The position numbers and the translations under genes were made by a program. The notes beneath the pieces were generated by a model. That model was not told the DNA's origin. It did not search any database and saw only the letters and a list, made by a program, of their open reading frames with translations. This document shows positions 9,697-23,224 of a DNA stretch of 64,000 nt, piece after piece. The DNA is from an uncultured Halobacteria archaeon (GTDB lineage Bacteria > Pseudomonadota > Gammaproteobacteria > UBA9214): contig CAWKAE010000023.1 of the NCBI GenBank assembly GCA_963847565.1, positions 1 through 64,000 on the forward strand, read 5' to 3'. Within the stretch, counting starts at the first letter, position 1. Each line of letters opens with the position of its first letter.

Positions 9697-9951
9697 ATGA
9701 ATGAAATTACATCAAATATAAGTTTAATCAGGCAGTTGGCGGTCAATAATGACACTTCCAGGCTGGCGCGTTGCCTTGATACCCAGATGAAAGATGGCGT
9801 AAACAGTTGTTGGTATGGCCATGATGCAGAGTCAGTACTGTCGGTACTGGCTAAGGCAGTCTATGTGAGGCGCAGGGTCGAAAATGATGGGCTATCAGTT
9901 AATTCAGCAATCCGTGAGCTGGGTGCACGTATGCGGAGTCTTTCCGGGTAA
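9697..9951 (+). CDS. Hypothetical small protein in a low-GC segment
   Basis: ORF only; the surrounding 9640-9960 is markedly AT-richer than the window. Confidence 0.3.
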   Translation: MNEITSNISLIRQLAVNNDTSRLARCLDTQMKDGVNSCWYGHDAESVLSVLAKAVYVRRRVENDGLSVNSAIRELGARMRSLSG

Positions 9952-10056
9952 CAGACCATCCATTTATTACGTGGAACGGTCAGTCGTTTAGTGAACTGGC
10001 GTCCATCCTGGAATATCATAGGCGCCCCCGCAGGTCGGGCCCGATACATATATTAA

Positions 10057-12351
<2,295 letters not shown>

Positions 12352-12494
12352 CGTTCTATTTCTGCTGGGGTTTCCCGCCTTCGCGGATTTCCTGTAATTA
12401 TTTTTAGAAAAATCCGCAACTTGCCCTGTATTGTATAAGAATATTCGTATATACTGCATCTCCTTCCGCGTCGTTCAATTTCCATGGGATTGTT

Positions 12495-14024
12495 ATGTTC
12501 AAGCTTGGTTGCGCCAGTAGCGCGTGCTTTAAAAACGAGATTTTGTCGGGCCTGACGGTGGCGCTGGCACTGGTGCCCGAGGCCGTGGCGTTTGCCTTTA
12601 TTGCCGGGGTCGAGCCGCTGGTCGGTTTGTATGCCGCCTTTATGGTGGGCCTGCTGGCGGCCATCTTTGGCGGGCGTCCGGGCATGATCTCGGGTGCGAC
12701 CGGCGCGATGGCGGTGGTGATGGTGGCGCTGGTGGCGGAACACGGCGTGGAATACCTGTTTGCGGCGGTGGTACTGACCGGCCTGTTCCAGATGGGTGCC
12801 GGCGTGTTGCGACTCGGCAAGTTTATCCGCATCGTGCCGCACCCGGTGATGTTGGGGTTCGTGAACGGGCTCGCCATCGTGATCTTCCTGGCGCAGTTGC
12901 AAAGTTTTCAGACAACGACGCCTGACGGTGTCACACAATGGCTGTCGGGCCAGGCGCTGTTACTGTTTGGCGGCCTGGTTGTGCTGACCATGTCTATTAT
13001 TCACTGGCTACCGAAACTGACCGGCGCCTTCCCGGCGTCACTGGCGGCGATTATCGCGGTCAGTCTGCTGGTGCTGGGGCTGGACCTTGATACGAAGACC
13101 GTCGGCGACCTCGCCAGCATCAAGGGTGGTCTGCCGACGTTCCATATCCCGTCGGTGCCGTTTAATTTCGAGACATTGATGATCATCCTGCCATACGCCT
13201 TTATCCTGGCAGCCGTCGGCCTGATTGAATCGCTGCTGACCATGAGCCTGATCGACGAGGTCACCAACACCCGCGGACGCGGTAACCGCGAATGCATGGG
13301 GCAGGGCATTGCCAACAGCGTGACCGGCCTGTTTGGCGGCATGGGTGGCTGCGCCATGATCGGCCAGAGCATGATCAACATAAACTCCGGCGGACGCCAA
13401 CGCCTGTCCGGCGTGGCCGCGGCGCTGTTCCTGCTGATTTTTATCCTGTTTGCCTCACCGCTGATCGAACGTATTCCGATGGCGGCGCTGGTAGGGGTGA
13501 TGTTCGTGGTGGTGATCGCAACGTTTGAATGGTCAAGCCTGCGCATCATGGGCAAGATCCCGGCAACGGATGCGTTTGTGCTGATCCTGGTCTCCGCGGT
13601 CACGGTTGCAACTGACCTGGCGATTGCGGTGGTGGTCGGTGTAATTGTTTCGGCGCTGGTGTTTGCCTGGGAGCATGCCAAGCACATCAACATCACCACC
13701 TATGATGACCAGCAGGGCTCGCGCGTGCATGAGCTTAACGGGCCGCTGTTCTTCGGCTCGGTGAAAAACTTCCTGGAGCTGTTTAACCCGGAGCATGACC
13801 CGGAAGATGTGATTATAGAATTCCAGAACTCGCGCGTGGCCGATCACTCGGCTATTGAAGCGATCGATACACTGGCAGAACGCTACATCAGGGCCGGTAA
13901 AACGCTGCACCTGCGCCACCTGAGCGAGGAGTGCCGGCAGTTACTGCGAAAGGCCGGTGACCTGGTGGAAGTAAACGTAATGGAAGATCCGCGCTACCAC
14001 GTCGCAGATGACCAGATTGCGTAA
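12495..14024 (+). CDS. SulP-family anion transporter with C-terminal STAS domain
   Basis: Multi-TM N-terminal region ([14 protein letters not shown]...), STAS-like tail ([10 protein letters not shown]..). 509 aa. Confidence 0.8.
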   Translation: MFKLGCASSACFKNEILSGLTVALALVPEAVAFAFIAGVEPLVGLYAAFMVGLLAAIFGGRPGMISGATGAMAVVMVALVAEHGVEYLFAAVVLTGLFQMGAGVLRLGKFIRIVPHPVMLGFVNGLAIVIFLAQLQSFQTTTPDGVTQWLSGQALLLFGGLVVLTMSIIHWLPKLTGAFPASLAAIIAVSLLVLGLDLDTKTVGDLASIKGGLPTFHIPSVPFNFETLMIILPYAFILAAVGLIESLLTMSLIDEVTNTRGRGNRECMGQGIANSVTGLFGGMGGCAMIGQSMININSGGRQRLSGVAAALFLLIFILFASPLIERIPMAALVGVMFVVVIATFEWSSLRIMGKIPATDAFVLILVSAVTVATDLAIAVVVGVIVSALVFAWEHAKHINITTYDDQQGSRVHELNGPLFFGSVKNFLELFNPEHDPEDVIIEFQNSRVADHSAIEAIDTLAERYIRAGKTLHLRHLSEECRQLLRKAGDLVEVNVMEDPRYHVADDQIA

Positions 14025-14031
14025 TGGATGA

Positions 14032-14279
14032 GGTGGGTCGGACCTCAGGAACGCTCTGATTAATAATGAGATTGCGTGAAATATTGCCGCGAATAATGCG
14101 TTAGAGCGGTGTTTTCATGGTCAAAAAAGTCGTCTAAGCATCACTAACAGATGCAAGAGATGATTGGCCTCGCTTAGATGACGAATTTGGCCTTGAAAAG
14201 GGTGTTTTAAGGCCTCTGTCGAGGTGAATATGCCTTGTTTTCTTTATGATTTCCTATGGTTAGCGAGGTCCGACCCCGG
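14032..14279. mobile_element. MITE-like element, copy 1 (TIR GGGTCGGACCTC ... CGAGGTCCGACCC); about 80% identical to copies 2 and 3
   Basis: Terminal inverted repeats read directly. Conserved internal blocks GCGTTAG.GTGGTGTTTTCA.GGTCAAAAAAG and CCTTGAAAAGG.TGTTTTAAGGCCTCTG. Confidence 0.75.
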
Positions 14280-14305
14280 TAACGTAACGCAGGCGCTCGC
14301 CCGGG

Positions 14306-17300
14306 TCAGTGCACCAGTGGTTTCTGATTGTCCTTGCGGATAATTTTCCGGTAGAGATTGTTCAATTCTGCATTGGTTGTCGCAACCAGTTCGTATTGCT
14401 TGTTAATGACCTGGACGTTCATGCGTCCGGCGACTTCGGTGATTTCGGGTAACTGCACGGCACCGCCGATGCCCTTGAGATCATGTGATTTCACCTGCAC
14501 ATCGTTCCAGTCTTGCTTGCGTACAGCTTCGGAAAGTTCTTCGACTATGTTCGGCAGCTTTTTCCTGAAGCGTTCGACAATCTTGAGATACCCCGGGCTG
14601 TTGTAGTAGTCGTCGAATATTTCCTGGTCTGCTGGAATACTGTCGCCGTCGTTGCTGTCATTATGCAGGTAGCGGTTCAGGACTTCGTAAAACTGTGACA
14701 GGTCAATGGGTTTGACCAGGTAGTCGTTGGCGCCTGCTGCCAGGCAATTTTCGCGATTGGTCAGCATGGCGTTTGCCGTTAACGATACAATCGGGCCTGT
14801 ATAGTTATTATTTCTCAGCCGGGTAATGGCCTCCAGGCCGTCCAGTATCGGCATCTGCATGTCCATCAATATCAGGTCATAGTCGTTGTTGAGTGCCATA
14901 TCCACACCTGCCTGCCCGTCAGCAGCGATGTCCAGGTATGCGCCGGTCTTGCGGATATACATGGCAATCAGCTGCTGATTGTCCGGGCTGTCTTCCACCA
15001 GCAGTATGTGGCCGGACAGTGGTTTTACCTTCGCTTGTTCCAGTGTTCTATCAACCTGTGCCTGGACTTCTTCGAGGTTGTTGACGATATCAATTGGCCC
15101 GGTAGTGTGGTTCATAAATTCAAGTGTAAAGCAGCTGCCTTTGCCAGGTTCGCTGACACATCTCAGCGAGCCGTCTATTACGGAAGCGAGCCTGTTGGAG
15201 ATTGCCAGGCCCAGGCCGGTCCCGCCGTATTCTCGCGTGGTGGTGGAATCTCCCTGTATAAACGGGTCAAACACACGCTCAGCTTCTTTGGATGTCATGC
15301 CGATGCCGCTGTCGGACACGTCAATGCGGATATTCCTGTATGTTTTATCGCAGCCCACATCAATATGTACATAACCTTCATTGGTGAACTTGCTGGCATT
15401 GCTGCACAGGTTGATAAGAATCTGTTTCAGGTAGATCGGCTCTGTCAAAAGCGTTCGTGGTAGCGGGAATTGATAGTTGATTGAAAATTCCAGGCCCTTG
15501 TCGCGTGCGCCCGGTCCGATCAGCGACTGTATTTCCCCCAGTAGCGAAAACAGGGACGTGTCGGCCAATTCGTGCTCGAGCTGGTCGGCTTCAATCTTGG
15601 ACAGGTCAAGAATGTCGCTGATGATATTCTGCAGATGCTTGCCATTCCGGACAATGGTCTGTATCAGCTTTTCCCGTTCTGCCGGTTCGAAATTATTGGA
15701 CAGTAACGCCTCGGAAAAGCCGATAATTGAAGTCAATGGTGTGCGAATCTCATGACTCATGTTGGACAGGAAGTCACTCTTCGCTTTGCTGGCAGCATCT
15801 GCGATCTCCTTTGCCTGCCTGAGTTCGTCAGTGCGTTCCTTTACGATGGACTCGAGGCTCGCATTCAGTCTGCCCAGTTCATCTTCGGCCATTCTGCGTT
15901 GTTTTTCCTGTGCAAAGTTATCGAGTGCAAAACTGACATCAGTAGCCATCTGTACAAGCAAGTCGCGCGCATCTTCATCAAATGCATTGATCTCTCCAGC
16001 GTACAGGTTGAAAGCCCCGATGGCGACGCCATTGACACGCAACGGCAATGCGGCAGAGGATTTCAGCCCATAGGCTGCACAGTGTTCATGCCACGGTGTG
16101 GTGGTCGGGTCATTGGCGCAGTCCTGGCACCAGACCGGATGATTCTCGCGAATCGCGATGCCGGTCGGGCCGCATCCGTTCGGATGATCGGGGTCCGCGT
16201 TGATGGTTACTTCACGCAGATAGTCAGTGCAAGTGCCATAAGAGGCGACCGGTTTGACTGCCAGGGTTTCCTCGTCGACCAGTCCGATCCATGCCATCTT
16301 GAAGCCGCCATGCCATACCGCATCCATGCATATCTGTGTGTACAGTTCTTCTTCATCAGCGCTGTGAACAATAGCCTGGTCGCAATGACTCAAGGTCGAA
16401 TACAGGCGGGTAAGGCGTTTAATACTATTTTCGGATTTCTTGCGTTCCGTAATGTCATAACCAAGTGCCACGATATGCGTGACCTCGCCATTATTGTTTT
16501 TCAATATCGTGTTATGCCAGTCGAGTGTCCGGCGGCCGTTACGTGTCAACCAGTCGTTTTCGTAGCCGGTGTGCCAGGTCAAGTTTGCCGGATCGGAGGT
16601 TTTCGAATACCTGTTTCACACCGGCTTGTTGCTCATCAGGAATGACCCAGTCCCAGACGGGTTTACCCAGTAATTCATCCCGGCGATATCCGGTTAGTTC
16701 CTCAGCCGCCGGGTTAAAGTAGACAAAGCATCCCGACAGGTCGAGTACGACAATCACATTACCCGCGCCCTCAACGACCGCATTGGTCAGGTCACGATTC
16801 TCTCGCAATTCATCTTCAGCTTTCTTGCGCTCGGTAATGTCGGTATACGTACCGATCATGCGCAGTGGTTCGCCGTTTTCTGCACGGCTTGTCACGATGC
16901 CGCGGTCGAGCACCCATCGCCAGGTACCGTCCTTGTGTTTTGAGCGATGCTCATTAATGAATGTGGATGTTTTGCCATCTATATACGTCTGGATATCCTC
17001 CAGCATAGGGCCAATATCACTCGTGTGAACACGGTCCATGCACTCCGAAATGCTGCTGCCAACCTCATCTTCCTGGTAGCCCAGTATCTCTTTCCATCGC
17101 CTGGAAAAATTTACCTGGTTCGTCTTCATGTCCCAGTCCCAAACGCCATCACCCGCGCCTTCCAGGGCGTAACGCCAGCGCTCTTCACTTTCTGCCAGGT
17201 CTTTGGCAATTCGTTTTGACCGCACCAGTGCGTGTGTAAGCAGGGTCAGTAACAGGCTGAATACAATGCCGGTTACGCCGACGATTAGTGGTAAATTATT

Positions 17301-18212
17301 GCTTAGTCGGGACTCGATTGCGGGCAACGACCTGAGAACGATTGACCAGGTATGGTCGTTGATATTAATGCTGTGGGTGGTACTGAGTTTGGCCGTGCTG
17401 CGGGTGGCTGCGGATTCATGCGAGTCAAACATCAGCGTACTGTCAGAAACAATATCACCATCGTAGATATGAATGCCCACCTCGTCTGGATGTGCATGCC
17501 CCAGGCCGGCCATAAGATCATCCATGCGAAATACAGAACCAACCCAGCCGTTAATACTGGCGCGTCGTTCGGCCACAGTAGTGTGCGGCATGCCTTGCTT
17601 GTACAGTGGCAGGAATAACAGGAAGCCTGCCTGTTTATGCTCGCCGGATTCCTGTACCAGTGTTAGCTTGCCGGACAGGGTGGCCTGATCATTGTCACGC
17701 GCCATGAGCATGGCATGCCGGCGAACCGATTCGGAATGTGTGTCGAAACCGAGGGCCTTCCTGTTGTTGCCAGTGAGGGGTTCAATATATATAACCGGTG
17801 TGTACAGGTCACGATCGCCTGCGGGTGTGATGGCGTACTCCGGGTAGCCCTGCGCCCGCATCGCGGCTATATGTTGTTCCTTGTCCGCATGCCGCACTAA
17901 CGGGTTGTAACCGATACCATGTATACCGGGGTAGTTTTCGTCAAGCCGTAGAGTAGTTACGTAATTCCGGAATTCATTGCGGGTGACATTATCGGAACCG
18001 ATAAACAACGCCTGGACGCCACGCAGTATTTCCTCGTATGCGCGCATGTGTTGCTGAATATGCGTGATGATTTCATCGGCATGGAAATCAAATTCGGTTG
18101 CGAGTTTCTGCCTGGCGCTTTGTTGTGCATTGCTCCACATAAAATAACTCGCCAGCAACGAGGTGACGAGCACCAGCCAGGTCAATATGTGTGAAGTGCG
18201 GAGTCCGGGCAT
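14306..18212 (-). CDS. Hybrid sensor histidine kinase (~1300 aa: periplasmic CHASE, PAS x2-3, GAF, HisKA, HATPase, REC, HPt), split by a frameshift near 16545-16580
   Basis: ORF 16539..18212: TM, CHASE-like (RLDENYPGIHGIGY), PAS. ORF 14306..16582: PAS end, GAF, H-box SHEIRTPL, G-boxes, REC (LLVEDSPDNQ..DLILMD), HPt (SHDLKG). The PAS domain is continuous across the frame change. Confidence 0.8.
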
Positions 18213-18443
18213 GAGTTAGCGGCTGAATTGCCCGGCCGGGGCAGTGGTTGCGGTTATAGAAATCCAGATATCCATATGTGGATTGGACCCATGCCAGTTA
18301 ATTTGCATACACAAATAATAGCAAGGAACTGTAGCTTTTACAGGAAATGCAGGTAGTTTAGGCAAGTTGTCATGTGATCAATGCAAGCCTATGTAAGTCA
18401 AGCACAATGTTGCAATGTATCTATGCTGCTTGGCTTGTCTTGG

Positions 18444-18692
18444 CCTGGGTCGGACCTCGGTAACGTATAGATTAATCAGGAGATTGCCCGGAATATCGAA
18501 GCATATGAAGCGTTAGCGTGGTGTTTTCAGGGTCAAAAAAGACTTCTAAGGATGACTGGCAGACGCAAGAGATGAATGGTCTCGCCTGGATGGCGAAAAT
18601 AGCCTTGAAAAGGCTGTTTTAAGGCCTCTGTTGAGTCGAAAAATCCTTGTTTCTTTTATTATTACGTGGGGTTGGCGAGGTCCGACCCGGGG
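18444..18692. mobile_element. MITE-like element, copy 2
   Basis: Near-identical to copy 3. TIR CCTGGGTCGGACCTCG / CGAGGTCCGACCCGG. Confidence 0.8.
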
Positions 18693-18749
18693 CAATTTAT
18701 GTTTCCTTGACTCTGGGATAATGAAAATCTAAAAAGGAAGGTGTGTGTT

Positions 18750-21026
18750 TTACCGGGTGACGCATAACAGGTTGGCGATACCCAGCAGGGAAGCGATACC
18801 GTCGGCATCGGCAAGATCGCGGTTGGGGTGGAAGGCAAGCAGTGCATTGTCGCGAATCTCGATGTAGATGCCGGGATAGTTGTCCAGCACGACCTGCAAT
18901 TGCCTGATCAGTTCCTCCTGGACATGCCCCTGCGGGCGCTGATACCAGCGGTGTTCGTGACTGGCGGCGGCGAGCGCCGGTCTGTCGATCTCTTCGAACT
19001 CGACCAGATAGCGTTGCAGGTAATGCCCGGGTGTTACCACCAGGTCCGGCAATTCCATGCCTTCGTTCTGCGGCCTCAGGACCACCAGCGTATGCCGGTG
19101 CTCGGCATAATAGTCGGGTGCGGCGGTATGACTGTAATCGAACAGCTTGACATGACAGCCGGCATACAGGCCGGTCATGACATTGCATTCCTGGCGCATA
19201 TCACCACGGCGCAGGTAGATAAAATCGTGCCGGTTCAGGATGCCGGTGACGCTGGCACGAAAATCGAGGCCATGGCGGGCGGCGATATCCGCAAGCATCC
19301 GCGAGCGATCGGACAGGCGCGCCCGTTCCCTCACAAGTTTGGCGTCGTGCATGCGTGCAGACAATGCGTGCGGGGTAAACTGGTAATAGTTCTCCATGCC
19401 CATGAGCCGGAACGCCCGCCCTTCGTGCAGACTCTCTACCTGAAAGTTGTGCAGGTACTCCATCGCGGTGTGGTCGATAATATGCCCCGATTCGCTGGCA
19501 GCGAGTGTGACCGCCGCACCCTGTGGCAGCGACTGCAGGAGCCTGTCCAGCGGCAGCAGGTTGAAGCACACCACCGAGCCCAGCATGATTTCATAATGTG
19601 GCTGGCCGCTGTGCTCTTCTTCATTGACCTTGATGATCGGGCTACGGAACAGGTCAACCAGGTTCCGCAATACCAGCACGGCAGCCTGACCGAATGTAAG
19701 CCGGCCGGTGAGCACGGTGCGAAATGAAGGACTCAGCAGGTAAGCCAGCATGATGATTTCGGCGGCGATGCCGGTCATGATGCCGAAAAGAAGATCGGTC
19801 GCGAGGATAGCGACAACAGTGACCAGGAAGATGATGATCTGGTCGCGGCCGATGGCGTAGGTCTTCTGGAATACGCGGAATTCGCACAGCCGCCAGCCGA
19901 CATACACCAGGATGGAACCGATAGCGGCGAGCGGAATACGGCTGATCAGATCCTTGGCGAGGAACAGGAAGATAATCAGAAACACGGCATTATAGAAATT
20001 CGCCCACAGGGTGCGGCCGCCGGCATCGATGTTGGCGCGACTTTTCACACCGCCGGGAATAATCGTCAGGCCGCCAAAAATGCTCGACAGCATGTTCGAC
20101 ACGCCCATGGCGCGCAAGGTGGTGTTGGCGTGCGATTTGCGCTGGAACGGATCGATCTTGTCCACCGCCGCAATGGTGGCCAGCGACTCGATACCGTCAA
20201 TCAGCGTAAGCGTGATAACGACGATGACGATACTGCCCCAGAGTTCCGTCTGTGCCCATACATCCTCAAAGGCGGGCAGGGTGATGCCACCCTTGAGAAT
20301 GTCATCCGGCATACTGATCAGGTGCCGGCTGTCCAGGTTGAAGACGTACCCGAGCAGGATGCCGACCACGGCCACCACGAGTGCGGGCGGCAGCCGCTTC
20401 AGCCGGTTCATGCGTGTTTTGTTCAGAAAGAACATCAGCAGCAGGCAGAATGCACCGATCAGGAACACCGGCCACTCGATGCGTAACAGGCTTTCCGGTA
20501 GTTTGATAATGGCGGTGATCATGTCCTTGCTCAGCGGCGCCTGATCGCCGAGCAACTGCGGAATCTGCTTGACAATAATCATAATGCCGATCGCGGCGAG
20601 CATGGCTTCTACCACGGTTACCGGCAGGAAAATGGCAAAGCGACCGGCATTCACCATGCTCAGGACGATCTGTACCAGGCCGGTGAGACAGATGGCGACC
20701 AGCAGCAGCGGATAACCGGCTGCAAGGTCGCCGTTGCCCAGCGTCAACATGCCGGCCAGCAGTGCCGGCGCCAGGCCCGCGGCCGGACCGCTGATGGTGA
20801 CATACGCACCACCGAGGAAAGGGAAGATAAGACCGGCAATGATCGCGGAAATGATGCCAGTGATGGGCGGTGCACCCGAGGCCACCGCGATGCCCAGTGA
20901 CAGTGGCATGGAGACCAGCGCGACCTGCAATCCGGCGCTCAGGTCAAATCGCCAGTGCCTGAGTCCGGCCAGGCCGTTTCTGGGTTTCTCGTTGCTTGCG
21001 TTAGTCATCGACCTGCATCGGAACAC
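18750..21026 (-). CDS. SulP-family transporter + STAS + ~270 aa C-terminal domain of unrecognised family
   Basis: The N-terminal ~500 aa is SulP-like. A STAS-like segment (VCFNLLPLDRL..AVTLAASESGHIIDHTAMEYL) follows. A long extra domain (..HTLVVLRPQNEGMELPDLVVTPGHYLQRYLVEFEE..) has no motif I recognise. Confidence 0.7.
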   Translation of the reverse strand: MFRCRSMTNASNEKPRNGLAGLRHWRFDLSAGLQVALVSMPLSLGIAVASGAPPITGIISAIIAGLIFPFLGGAYVTISGPAAGLAPALLAGMLTLGNGDLAAGYPLLLVAICLTGLVQIVLSMVNAGRFAIFLPVTVVEAMLAAIGIMIIVKQIPQLLGDQAPLSKDMITAIIKLPESLLRIEWPVFLIGAFCLLLMFFLNKTRMNRLKRLPPALVVAVVGILLGYVFNLDSRHLISMPDDILKGGITLPAFEDVWAQTELWGSIVIVVITLTLIDGIESLATIAAVDKIDPFQRKSHANTTLRAMGVSNMLSSIFGGLTIIPGGVKSRANIDAGGRTLWANFYNAVFLIIFLFLAKDLISRIPLAAIGSILVYVGWRLCEFRVFQKTYAIGRDQIIIFLVTVVAILATDLLFGIMTGIAAEIIMLAYLLSPSFRTVLTGRLTFGQAAVLVLRNLVDLFRSPIIKVNEEEHSGQPHYEIMLGSVVCFNLLPLDRLLQSLPQGAAVTLAASESGHIIDHTAMEYLHNFQVESLHEGRAFRLMGMENYYQFTPHALSARMHDAKLVRERARLSDRSRMLADIAARHGLDFRASVTGILNRHDFIYLRRGDMRQECNVMTGLYAGCHVKLFDYSHTAAPDYYAEHRHTLVVLRPQNEGMELPDLVVTPGHYLQRYLVEFEEIDRPALAAASHEHRWYQRPQGHVQEELIRQLQVVLDNYPGIYIEIRDNALLAFHPNRDLADADGIASLLGIANLLCVTR

Positions 21027-21148
21027 CCGTCAGTGGTTATGAACCCGTCTGTAGTAAGGGTCAAGCCGGTGAGCGCGCTGGTATCGAGTATAAGTAAGCA
21101 AACGGCACAGGCCAAACTGCAAAGGATGGCCTGGGTCGGATAGGATGG

Positions 21149-21396
21149 CCTGGGTCGGACCTCGGTAACATATAGATTAATCAGGAGATTGCCCGGAATA
21201 TCGAAGCATATGAAGCGTTAGCGTGGTGTTTTCAGGGTCAAAAAAGACTTCTAAGGATGACTGGCAGACGCAAGAGATGAATGGTCTCGCCTGGATGGCG
21301 AAAATAGCCTTGAAAAGGCTGTTTTAAGGCCTCTGTTGAGTCGAAAAATCCTTGTTTCTTTTATTATTACATGGGGTTGGCGAGGTCCGACCCCGG
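21149..21396. mobile_element. MITE-like element, copy 3 (with a 17-nt partial duplication of the left end at 21124-21140)
   Basis: About 99% identical to copy 2. GGATGGCCTGGGTCGGA occurs twice at the left end. Confidence 0.8.
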
Positions 21397-21508
21397 ACAA
21401 TCCAGTCGACGATGTTGTTCGATTCGCGCATGCGATGCGCTCCTACAGCGGCCGTATTAGCCGCGGTAAATATATTTCTGCAGGCGCGCATCGCATGCGC
21501 GAACAATG

Positions 21509-23122
21509 TTACGAGGCTTTGGCCTTGCGCTGGCCGGCTTCCTGGTCGCGCAGGTACTCCTCGTAGGTGCCGTGGTAATCGACGATGCCGGTGGGCGTCA
21601 GTTCGATAATGCGGGTGGCCAGCGAGGAAACGAATTCCCGGTCATGGCTGACGAAGACCAGCGTGCCCGGGTAGTTGTCGAGTGCAAGGTTGAGCGACTC
21701 GATGGATTCCATGTCGAGATGGTTGGTGGGTTCGTCCAGCAGCAGGATGTTGTTGCGTTGCAGCATTAACTTGCCGAACAGCATGCGACCCTGTTCTCCA
21801 CCGGAGATCACGCTGACTTTCTTGTTGATGTCATCGTTCGAGAACAGCAGGCGTCCCAGCGTGCCGCGGATGACCTGTTCGTCATCGTCCTTCTTGCCCC
21901 ACTGCGACATCCAGTCAAACAGCGGCTTGTCGTCTTCGAAGTCGGCGGCATGGTCCTGGGCGTAGTAACCGACCACTGCATTTTCCGCCCACTTGATCGT
22001 GCCGGCGCTGGGCGCCAGGTCACCGATCATGCATTTCAGCAGGGTGGATTTGCCGATGCCGTTCGGACCGATGACGGCGATGCGTTCGCCGGCCTCGACG
22101 CGCAGTCCGAAGCCGCTGAACAATTCTTCCTCGTCAAAGGATTTGGCCAGGCCCTTGATGGTGACGGCGAGACGATGCAGCTTTTTGTCCTGCTCGAAAC
22201 GGATGAACGGACTTTTCCGGCTGGACGGTTTGACCTCATCCAGCACGATCTTGTCGATCTGGCGTGCACGCGAGGTCGCCTGTTTCGACTTCGACGCGTT
22301 GGCGGAGAAGCGACTGACGAAGGCCTTCAGTTCGGCAATCTGGGCGGACTTCTTGGCGTTCTCGGACGAGAGTCGCTCACTCACCTGGGTGGATGCGATC
22401 ATGTAATCGTCATAGGCGCCCGGGTATACGCGGATCTCGCCGTAGTCGAGGTCAGCCATGTGGGTACAGACACTGTTGAGGAAATGGCGATCATGCGAAA
22501 TGATGATCATGGTGCAGTTGCGATCATTCAGCACGCTTTCCAGCCAGCGAATGGCGTTGATGTCGAGGTTATTGGTCGGCTCGTCCAGCAGCATGATGTC
22601 CGGTTCGGAGAACAGTGCCTGTGCCAGCAGCACGCGCAGTTTCCAGCCCGGCGCCACTTCGCTCATTGGTCCGCTGTGCTGTTCGATCGGTATGCCCACA
22701 CCCAGTAACAGTTCGCCGGCACGCGCCTCGGCCGTGTAACCGTCCATTTCGGCAAACTCGGCTTCCAGTTCAGCGGCGCGGATGCCGTCTTCCTCGGTCA
22801 TCTCCGGGTTGGCATAGATGGCGTCGCGTTCCGACTTGACCGCCCACAGCTCTTCGTGGCCCATGATCACCGTGTCGAGGACCATGCAGTCTTCAAAGGC
22901 AAACTGGTCCTGGCGCAGTTTGCCGATGCGTTCGTGCGGGTCCTTGGAGACGTTGCCGGACGAGGGTGCCAGGTCGCCGGACAGTATCTTCATGAAGGTT
23001 GATTTGCCGCATCCGTTGGCGCCGATCAGGCCATAGCGATTGCCATCGCCGAATTTGACCGAGACATTTTCGAACAGCGGCTTGGCGCCGAATTGCATGG
23101 TGATGTTTGCGGTTGAGAGCAT
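21509..23122 (-). CDS. ABC-F family ATPase (two tandem ABC domains, no TMD)
   Basis: Two Walker A motifs ([18 protein letters not shown]) and two signature motifs (LSGGE, ISGGE). 537 aa. Confidence 0.85.
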   Translation of the reverse strand: MLSTANITMQFGAKPLFENVSVKFGDGNRYGLIGANGCGKSTFMKILSGDLAPSSGNVSKDPHERIGKLRQDQFAFEDCMVLDTVIMGHEELWAVKSERDAIYANPEMTEEDGIRAAELEAEFAEMDGYTAEARAGELLLGVGIPIEQHSGPMSEVAPGWKLRVLLAQALFSEPDIMLLDEPTNNLDINAIRWLESVLNDRNCTMIIISHDRHFLNSVCTHMADLDYGEIRVYPGAYDDYMIASTQVSERLSSENAKKSAQIAELKAFVSRFSANASKSKQATSRARQIDKIVLDEVKPSSRKSPFIRFEQDKKLHRLAVTIKGLAKSFDEEELFSGFGLRVEAGERIAVIGPNGIGKSTLLKCMIGDLAPSAGTIKWAENAVVGYYAQDHAADFEDDKPLFDWMSQWGKKDDDEQVIRGTLGRLLFSNDDINKKVSVISGGEQGRMLFGKLMLQRNNILLLDEPTNHLDMESIESLNLALDNYPGTLVFVSHDREFVSSLATRIIELTPTGIVDYHGTYEEYLRDQEAGQRKAKAS

Positions 23123-23224
23123 TGTTTGGTTCCGATGTTGTATAGGTTACTGACGACGTTGCCTTGATTGAAGCTGGATTCCCGCCGCCGCGGGAATCAC
23201 GTCTGCCTGTTTATTCGTGCTCCT

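Noticed and set aside
14032-14279. Short ORF inside the MITE-like element (MNGLAWMAKIALKRLF in copies 2 and 3)
   Set aside because: It is not conserved in copy 1, where it is interrupted after 5 codons. The element is non-coding.
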